Made by a program: the position numbers and the translations under genes. A DNA stretch of 63,804 bases, counting the filler, from Choristocarpus tenellus KU-1152 (taxonomy: Eukaryota; Protista; Phaeophyceae): assembly GCA_964200185.2 (NCBI GenBank). It is 12 parts of 12 records of this genome, joined end to end, with 100 filler letters (N's around TTAATTAATTAA, not from the genome) between each part and the next. Parts side by side here need not be neighbours in the genome. Positions count along the whole stretch, not along the records: positions 54,645 to 58,440 come from CAXNAD020017873.1; positions 58,541 to 61,143 come from CAXNAD020026364.1; positions 61,244 to 63,804 come from CAXNAD020026764.1; 9 more parts are not named here. One strand, written 5' to 3'. Positions 55,155-63,804 of the stretch are shown one piece after another (position 1 is the stretch's first letter; each line of letters opens with the position of its first letter). The notes under the pieces were generated by a model. The model ran no database searches. It was not told the origin of the DNA and saw nothing but the letters and a program-made list of their open reading frames with translations.

Positions 55155-56499
55155 AGTAAAGACTTTTTCCTTTATATAGTACATGAGAAAAAGATTACTA
55201 TCTTGACACTGCCTTACATCTGCAGTACATTAAAACCAGGAAGAATAAAGGGTTTTGCCAAAAACGATTTTGGACAGGATGCCACCACACACGTAGCACT
55301 AACAATGCACGATTGCCATCCTAATATAAAGCAGGACCGAACTGGTTCAGGAAAGGATGATGGCTATGACGTAGTCTCTAATATGGAGGCGGCACTAGTT
55401 AGCAAGATAACAGGTGAGATTGTGGTAGTAGGTGGGGATGGTAAGGAATTAATCAAGGATACAGAATTTATTTGATGAACTTCTCATATGCTGCCAGCAC
55501 TGCGACTCCAGACTACACAGATTTACGTGGCACCTGATACAAGGTGCCATCTTGTCCGTTGATGGTGCACTGCTACCACTACAGGTGATACAACAACAGA
55601 GCAGTCAACTGACAGAGGATGATGGGAAAAAACACTTTTGATAGTGAATCAGCAATAGAGAGAAATATCAAGACTTGCTCAAGGGGATTGCTTGTAGACG
55701 TCACTGCAACACAAGGCCACTATTTATGTGAAAACACATGCCCCAAACAGTAATGTTGTATGCGGAATGAGAGGTGGCAAGGCACTGTAGTGTTCAGCCT
55801 CTGCCAATGATTCCCATCCAATTAGACATTTTCTATTTGTCATACTTCCTTAAAGGCGTTGTTGGTTGGTGTGGCCAAGATACCCAACTTTTTGCCAAGT
55901 GGGGTTACTAGAGAAAAGGAAAGAATATGTCTCTGGAGATATCTCACTGTTCCCTGAGTGTAGGGGAGCTCAATACCAGGGCAGGAATTGTATGCAGCCT
56001 GTCCTTGGTCTCATGACAGATATACACCTTTCACTCAATGCGACTCTACAAATGTATCAAACAGTTCCACCTACACAGAATTTCAAAGCTTCCTATTTCC
56101 AACTCTTTTTACATATGGCCCTCCCCTAGCAGCACAAGAAGCACACAATTTATTCTCCCTGCCCACAACACATAGCTCCATGGAGAGAGACATATTTTTG
56201 TCAATCACCAAGCTATCATTTCTACCTGCCCCTTGAGGAAGAAATTGGCAAGGGTAGTTGGGGCAAAAGCCTATTAAACAGACGAAGCAGTGATGACAAC
56301 ATAGATAGAAACTGAAATGACAAATAAGAACAGCACAGCAGTATCATGAACAGTGTAACTATTTTTTTGCTGCTTTAGGAGTGCTGCAACCTCCCAAATG
56401 TAAAGTTTTATCAGGTGGGTGGTGTGCAAGTGAACCAAGGCTAAACAAGCTCCTTGGAGGTCTGGGAGGAGTGGGAACAGTCATGACAACAACACCACA

Positions 56500-58277
56500 C
56501 AGATCCCCAAAACACCGCCTTCAAGAAGGCATTGAAGATGGCTGACAAACAGCTAATACAAGAGAGGACATCCACCTTTTAGGAGTTGATTCACACTCAC
56601 ACTAGCAAGATGGAATGTTGCATTCAACGTGGGTATCACTCTGGTTTCTACTAACACCGGACAGGTTTCAGTGGGTAGAGGACTAGACATAGCGCCTACC
56701 TCTACCTCTGCAATGAATCTGGCAGGCTTCTGAGAGAGCAAGGTCTCATCACGGAAGTGGGGGTAGTACTTTATGCTGCTTCTAAGAGACAAGGCGATCA
56801 ACCCCAAACCCAATAGTGGTGAACCTCTCGACCAACAACCCACTTGTATAGCAGTCACGGAAGCACCAACACTTGTGGAAATGTCTGGGACAACTCCTCG
56901 ACCAAGGAAAACGTGAAGGCTGCGGGTTCAGGTAGTCTTCCTGTCCAGGTAGCCTTCCCTCAGAGACCCTGCCTGACACTTAATTAAAAAGAGTACAATA
57001 TCCCCAAGAATTTCTATAAGATTTTGTTGGCTGCATGAGATCAGCAATGTGTTGCAGGTTTGGAAGGATGTAGTCATCGAAATGCTCCACAAATAGGGAT
57101 CCGACGGATTTAGGAAACTACAGAGGCGCCTTATTCGTGATACATGCTGGTAACGTGCTTCTCGGTTTACACAACGACTGAGATCTTAAGTGAAATGGGA
57201 GAGAGTCAAAGTAAACGAGAGGTACCAGAGTTGCATTCTAAGGATGCTGGCAAATATGCGCAAAATTCGAGTTTTTTCAAATGTATGTAGGATATTTTCT
57301 GAGATGTAAAAAAACGTTTCAAGGTAAAGGTAGCTCTCTATTCGTAGAAATATGAGTTAATTTTAAAATATTGAAAAAATTACTAGTATTGCAAAACGGT
57401 CAAAAACTGGGTACCTCGTTTACACTTTGGCTCAGAACATACTCCATGAGGAAAAGTGTGGATTCTTCTACCTTTGTTCCACATCAAACATTGCTTACAT
57501 CCTACATGCCCTCCAGGAGCTCAGACAGGAAAGTTTTACACCTATATTGATATATTTCATTGACCGACAGAAAGCACCTTCGATCTCTTATGGGGTATTG
57601 TTTGCCAAGTTCAAAGTACCTGAGGAGATTATCTCAGTCACTGGCTAATTCCATGTTGGAATTCAGGCATGTGTCTCCATGGATGAGGGTGTACCGACTG
57701 GATCTTGCCCCCACAGTCTTCAATAATCTTCTTCACAGCGTAGCAGTTGAGGATTAAACGCTAACTTGACCATTTCCAACCTTTTTGTCATGAAGGGAAC
57801 TGCAAGAAAGTACCACATCAGCAGAGGAGGAGGAGGAGGAGGAGGAGGAAGGAGAGGGAGTTATGCAACATGTGATCTAAGCTGACAATGCAGCCATTGT
57901 GCCTAAGGCCCAAGGAAATTTGGCTAAGAGGATGACAACGAATGTGAATGTGGCCAAGACACTAGGCTGTCCGTGTCTGAGTTGAAGGCAGGAACCATAT
58001 GCCTTTGACTTCCCAAAACATCCATGGGCACTTTGCAGATCCAGACTTTGGGGGGGGCAGATTTACAAGGAAACTCATAATTTCGTTTGCCGTAGATACA
58101 TTGCCAGTGACAAAGTTGATATCATCGCCAAGATCAGTTGATGAGATCAAAGAGTATGGAGTTGTTTCTGCAAGCAGAGCCAGGTGCTTTGTCACAAAAC
58201 CCCAAGCAAATTACTTTAGCTTAAGATTCGAATGCTCAAGATCGAAGAACTTGAGGTCCTGTTATATTGTTGTGTGA
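56500..58277 (+). mobile_element. Decayed RTE-like LINE reverse transcriptase, interrupted by MITEs
   Basis: WKDVVIEMLHK..DLGNYRG..HAGNVLL; ILHEEKCGF...FIDRQKA; LAPTVFN; *ADNAAIV (YADD remnant); LKIRMLK...LLYCCV. Many stops and frameshifts. Confidence 0.85.
57203..57433. mobile_element. MITE inserted in the LINE RT
   Basis: TIR GAGTCAAAGTAAACGAGAGGTACC...GGTACCTCGTTTACACTTTGGCTC; AGA on both sides. Confidence 0.88.
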
Positions 58278-58440
58278 TGCTCAAAGTATCTGAGGGGGTG
58301 GCGGTGGTTGTCCATTTGGGGTCATTTTTTTCATGTCACGATTTTTGTGTGATTTGGTTGCATAGGTCAGATGGATAATGTAAATGCACTTTTCCTGATT
58401 TTAACCCAAAAATCGACACCCTATTGTAGACCCCCCCCCC
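58278..58440. mobile_element. MITE (30960-type), truncated at the contig end
   Basis: Starts GCTCAAAGTATCTGAGGGGG; interior matches 30960-31135. Confidence 0.8.
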
Positions 58441-58783
58441 NNNNNNNNNNNNNNNNNNNNNNNNNNNNNNNNNNNNNNNNNNNNTTAATTAATTAANNNN
58501 NNNNNNNNNNNNNNNNNNNNNNNNNNNNNNNNNNNNNNNNGGGTTCGTACTTCTTCTTATCTTTCATACCCACAATTCTCTATCAGGGGTAAGGGGAAGG
58601 GAGGGGGGGCGGGTGATTGTATTTTCAAACATTTCAATGTTTTCGCCCTGTCCCCAAGGCTGTTACCCTTGCATACCCCTAATTGCTGCTTGTGAGCCTC
58701 TTTCTGTCTCAAGCACTCCTCTTTTTTCTCACTTCCCAAGTTTGAAACCTGCTGTTTGCCCTGTTCTATCCTGTCCCACTCAG

Positions 58784-58990
58784 GTTCAGCAAAAATGAGA
58801 TATCACATGTGAAGCATAAGCATAGATTCCTCTTCATCGTTGATGGATTTGACTGCATCCCGGCAAAGAAGGTGGATGTATATTCATCTTCAAATATGTG
58901 TGCCTTTTCGTACGTTCTTGTGCCGTTTCCCACACAGTACTTGCTTGTGTAAGTGTAAGTGTGTGCGTTTTGTGTTCACTGCCATGCCTG

Positions 58991-59034
<44 letters not shown>

Positions 59035-60798
59035 TACTAATGTAACATGGAAAATATAATAATATATTATGGAGGACACGGACATAAAATGCTGCACCAT
59101 AATATTTCGTGTGCATTTAGCAGTGATAGCGGTAGTAACGTGTAAATATAGGCCCTTTCTTTCATCCTGATCAAGAGGAGTGATGTTTACAGTGCTGTCT
59201 GCGAGATTAGACTCGGTAGGCAATGAGCACACCTTCTGAGATTAGACTCGAAAGGAACCTACCTCCCTATTGATCTCAATAGATGGCTGCACACCCATGA
59301 TCAACATGATGTCTCTCCACCAAATATTCAATCTTGTGTCTCCTCTCTTTGCCTTCGTTGATTCTTCCCAAGATGCATAACCTCTGGAACAGCAATGGCT
59401 GGTCGGAGTGGAGGGCCAAGGCCTTGTTCACATGCCGATCTTCTGCCCTTGCAAGCCTCCCTGGAAACCCCGAAGACCTCTTTGTTCCCTCAAACGTCCG
59501 TGGTCGACCACGACCCTGGGGACTGGAGACAGCAATGATAGCACCTTTAGGAGCAGCTCAGGTCTCTGCATGCACACGCGAGTGTGTGTGTCTTTTGTAT
59601 TTGGGTATGGGGGTAACAGGGCAGAGGAAGACCCTCTCCTGCTGACCTCATTTTCTTTGGTTGTTTGGCTCTTGCTGTCTGTCTGTGGCTATGGCTTTGA
59701 AGATGTTTTATTTTAGGCATATACTTAGATGTAAGCGCAACCCCTTCCTTCTCCACCATTGCTCCTCCCATTCCACCTTCCCCTGGGTCATCAGTGTTGG
59801 GACCGGGTTTTCTGGAGGGGACACCCCTCCAAGGCGTTTTCCTTTTTCTTCTTCTTCTTGCTTCCTCTCGCTGTGGAAGCATTTCTTTTTAATTCCTTTC
59901 TTGTGGCGCCTTGCATACACCAATAGGTGCACCTGATCACATTTTTTTAATTCTTCTCTCCCAATTTTTTTGTTTGTTTGTCTGTAAATAATTTCACATT
60001 CGTTAGGTGTCCAGCTTTCTAGACAGTGCAGACTTTGGACCGTGGCTCAGGAATCCCGCTGTTCGGTCCCTTGCCACCAGTCCAGTCAACCTTGGGTTGC
60101 TAGTGGATGAGGCTTTGCGTGCTAGGAAGGCCGGTCCAGGATCTGCTTCGGTGAGGGACTACTGACTTATCTTGTTTGGCATGTACCTATGTCAATCGTG
60201 TTGTGGTGATAATGTAATATAAAGTGTAAATTATGATGACATTGCGGGTGTGGGTGGTGTGGTGTAAAGAATGAAATTCGGATTTTTTTTTTTTTTAAAC
60301 TTTTTTTATTGTTCTGGTATTTTTATCTTCGAAAGTGGGCACACGACCTTTTCACACTAAATTCTCAAGACTTGAAAATCTCCCGTCCTACAACGGCGAA
60401 CAAAAAAAAACACATTCCTACAGAGTGTATGTCGATGTATTTTTCTTGTATTTTTTTTTGTTTTTAATAAAATCTCCACCCTGTCTAATTGTGTGCTATT
60501 TTTTGTTTTTGTTTGTTTGTTTGTTTTAATTTTGCAGTGGGCATGGACTACAGACCCGAATCGGTTCTGGACCATGTCGATGCACCTGCGTCATGTGCTG
60601 GGGAGTGAGAACGGCAACCTGGCGCACGCGGCAGAAATGCTGGCATTCGGGATGCACCAGGTTGACACGAGTGTAGTTTGTTCACAAGAGTATCAAGTAC
60701 AAATTGCTGGGATGTAGAGAAGGGGGGGAGGGATGAGTGGGAGGGAGGGGGACCGGAAGGGTCTCATGGAAGGCGAGGTGCTGTCATACTGACAATTT

Positions 60799-60829
<31 letters not shown>

Positions 60830-61114
60830 GGGAGGAAACTTGAGTCAACACTGCGGAAGTCACTTTTTTTTTTTTGACCAATGACAACACCTCCCATGCC
60901 CTCTTATTCCCCATCTCATCTGTCTCCCATACTGTGTGTTTTATGTGCTGTTGAAACTGTCACCAGTGTGGCCGGGTAACGACTGGGACGTCAGCCCTGG
61001 ACAGTTTGTACAACTCTTGCTTGGTAGAGGTGGCACCTGGCCTGTGGACCTTCCGTAAGAGTGGCATGCATGAGCATCTCGTGGCATCATACATTCGAAG
61101 GAGTCTTCCTAACA
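58784..61114 (+). CDS. NACHT (STAND) NTPase domain protein fragment. Exons 58784-58871, 59373-59561, 60007-60150, 60538-60660, 60967-61114; an additional small exon is possible
   Basis: Walker B region RFLFIVDGFDC; sensor-1 WRAKALFTCRS; IAPLGAAQVSSFL; helical-domain RSLATSPVNLGLL; LAFGMH; winged-helix WTFRKSGMHEHLVASYI. Motif order is correct and splice phases are consistent. Confidence 0.78.
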
Positions 61115-61243
61115 GTAAGGAATTTGGCAGGAGGGGGGGGGGGNNNNNNNNNNNNNNNNNNNNNNNNNNNNNNNNNNNNNNNNNNNNTTAATTAATTAAN
61201 NNNNNNNNNNNNNNNNNNNNNNNNNNNNNNNNNNNNNNNNNNN

Positions 61244-61950
61244 GCCCTTGAAGCTCGGTCTCACCCTCTGAGGTGAAAGAGTCTCAGTCCGGTGATTGTA
61301 ATTGCCCCCTTGAGCAAAAAATAACTTGGCACCTTTGACACTTTCACAGGATAAGGGCATGTCTGGTATCGACATTTTGCCTCCTGCACCCTGCCACTGG
61401 GCACCTGTTCGATAGGGCCTCCTCTCTCCCTCGGGATCTGCTGACTGTGAGCTGGAATTCCTGAGGGGGAATCTGGCATGCTGGTTCCAGCGGTTGCGTC
61501 GAGGCCAAGGCGTTTGCTTCTTGTCCACACTGGCTCCGGTGGCGCACTAGGGCTAATGAAGAGCTTTCCCTCCCTTGGTGTGCCTCCTTTGGATGATCAG
61601 CTAGCTTTGTCCTGAAGGAGTCGAAACGGATCCTGTTGAGGAGGCCTGTGATCTCGTGCTGAGCCCTCCTTGTGATCCTGGCGTCATGAGCTGCCAGGAT
61701 GTGGACCTCTGGGGTAGCTGCAGGTGGTGCTGTTCCCCCCCAAGTTACCCAGTCTTGGCCAATAATTTTATCCAGGCCTCTGAGGGGACACCTGTAGAAA
61801 GGAGAGTGTGTATGGACGATCTTAAGGCCTGTATTGCAGGGCTTGTGCGTACAGCCTATGAGAAGGACTCGCCATGAGGCCCTTGCTGCCTTGCTAGGAG
61901 GGTGGGGAGAGTAGCCACCAGTGATCCTACAAAAGCTGCATGTTGGCGGT
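61244..61950 (-). mobile_element. Another fragment of the RLE/CRE-like non-LTR element (region between RT and zinc knuckle)
   Basis: ANALASTQPLEPACQIPPQEFQLTVSRSRGREEALSNRCPVAGCRRQNVDTRH matches the translation of 18730-18890. Confidence 0.75.
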
Positions 61951-62450
61951 GTTTTATAGAGGAGACGCCTAGATGTTAAAGGCATCATCATCAATTGATT
62001 ATGTCTACCATTATAACCAATTAGAACACGGGTTACTTTCTCTTACTCAAATCTGGAAAGAGTGATGGTGTTCGAAGAATATGGTGGGAGAAGGAGGTGG
62101 ACAAAAAGATACTATTTTATTATTATGCTCTCTAACACAAAAGATATGATTAAGTAACTGTTTGTACAAAATTGTACTCACTATCAGAAAGTCTTCTCTA
62201 TTACCCCATGTTCTGGTACCAGCACCTTCGCCCTGGGTTCTCCCCTCATAAATTTTGATGTAGACATCGGATGGAAAAATAAAAGCATACTCGTGGATGC
62301 CCGTCACAAGGCCTTCTAGAGTACGGGCTTCGTATTTTTTCTCGACATTTTTTTCTGTTGAAGAAAGAGCGCTCGTATTGGGGTTCGAACCCTGGATTGG
62401 AGGTCACCGAGAGTGGCAACAGATGCTATTACTTGATTGAAGTATAGGAT

Positions 62451-63620
62451 TTAGACGGGGGGGAAGCCTCCCCACCCTTTCTTCCTGTGTGTTGGCGCAC
62501 CCACTTCTTTGACCTCGGTAAGGATGTCCTCGTCGACGCCCAGAACGAAACACCTCTCGTAGCGCCCTTGCTCCGACACCTTGATGTGGTCCTTAGTTAG
62601 GAAGCCTCTCTTCCATTCACTCACAGTTTCCGACCTGACCATCGCATATCCTCCTGCCATCTCGCTGTCATCTCGAGCGCCGTTTGATGATCTTTCCCAT
62701 TGTTCATACACAGGTATAGAATTCGCAGGGTCAGAGCCTTTCCTATCGCATTTCCTCGTTGAGCACCGGAAATGGGCATCGTCCGTGTTTCCTGGGCGGT
62801 TGGTATTTTATCATCAAGGTGCAAGGGCGAGGGAAGACAGGCTTGAGTTGATCGAAAATTGTGTTGATTTCCCAAATGAATGCAGACTGGGAGAAAGACT
62901 TGAACAACTTTCTACGTCCAACCCTAAGTCCAAGAACAAAAGTGAGTGTACTTCAACTTGCAAGAAGTGGGAGATACCAAACTATTGGTGTGCAAATAGT
63001 CTCAATCTCACCTCTTCTTCCCTGGCGTCGTCGTTGATGGCTACCTCCACCTGCTTCGCGACCTCTTCTAAGTAAAAGATTTGGTGGTATTGAAAAGTCT
63101 CCACAGCTGCCTTTGTTATGATCGCTTTCTCTTCCACCTTGCGAGCCCTTTCGACCTTCTTTCGCGCTTCAGAGCCCTTGTGGCCCAACCCTAACACCTT
63201 CTTTCTCGTTTCCTTAAGCCAGGGCCTGCTGCCAATGTAGACTACTAAAATATTCTATAACCGGGTTTTCGCTTAGGTGTTTCCTGAGCGCAATGGAACA
63301 CAGTCGCACTGCTCTCTTCCCCAACCTTCCCTTCGCGCGGCCACCCCGGTTCTCCCTTCGCCCACCATGACCAGGCTTCCCCACAGACTTCGTCACTGTA
63401 CCAACTGGTGATGGACTCACTACTCTCTTCCTGCTTTCCCGAGGCGGCAGACACTGCAGAGCAGTGCTCCGACGTGGTTGAAGATCCAACCACAATTGTA
63501 TAGTAATGCTTTCAATGCATCTTCTCCCAGCGCCAGCGTCATGGCCTTGTGATCCATATCACGATTTGATCGTGTTGCTGCTCCACAGTACACGCACTTT
63601 CTCGTAACCTAACATCTCAC
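62451..63620 (-). pseudogene. Decayed ORF, possibly the N-terminal part of a DDE transposase
   Basis: Broken frames giving CVYCG..., a coiled-coil segment, and ETVSEWKRGF...VSEQGRYER...DEDIL (HTH-like). No catalytic core seen. Confidence 0.3.
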
Positions 63621-63746
63621 TGAGTGTCACATGGCACTTTTTTTCCATCGCCTCTTGACAGATAAAGTGCCGAGGGTAGATCCAGGGGGAAGAGTGGTCT
63701 TGGCGGCTCTCCTTGTCTCACCGTCATGGTTCTTGTTGCTGTGTAA

Positions 63747-63804
63747 GAGCCAAAGTATCTTAGAGGGTAGGGGCGCGTCCATTTGGGGGCCAAAATCCAA
63801 TGTT
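63747..63804. mobile_element. Left end of a 36732-type MITE
   Basis: GAGCCAAAGTATCTTAGAGGGTAG...gtccattt...aaaatccaatgtt. Confidence 0.85.

Overview
This is a eukaryotic, intron-rich window. It is most consistent with a flagellated stramenopile, probably a brown alga or close relative; that is an inference from TTAGGG repeats, brown-algal-type LINE/copia remnants, IFT81 and centrin. It is 12 contigs joined by 11 artificial 100-nt linkers (N-run + TTAATTAATTAA + N-run), so adjacency across linkers is not biological. By manual splicing I recover: (1) a >=15-exon Mx-type dynamin GTPase on the minus strand (<1-13223) with two GC-AG introns, an intronic tRNA-Gly(GCC), and a ~330-nt intronic foldback flanked by direct repeats; (2) a divergent gene with a signal peptide and a TPR-like motif; (3) four IFT81 exons; (4) a centrin exon, head-to-head with an unknown acidic protein; (5) a membrane protein with an MCTP/PRT_C-like segment and an apparently split PH domain; (6) a NACHT (STAND/NLR-like) NTPase with a Walker-B Glu-to-Cys change. 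The rest is TE debris (RLE/CRE-like and RTE-like non-LTR elements, copia gag), a set of MITEs sharing a terminal motif, minisatellites, and about 30 short interstitial telomeric tracts. All calls are by eye; no searches were run.
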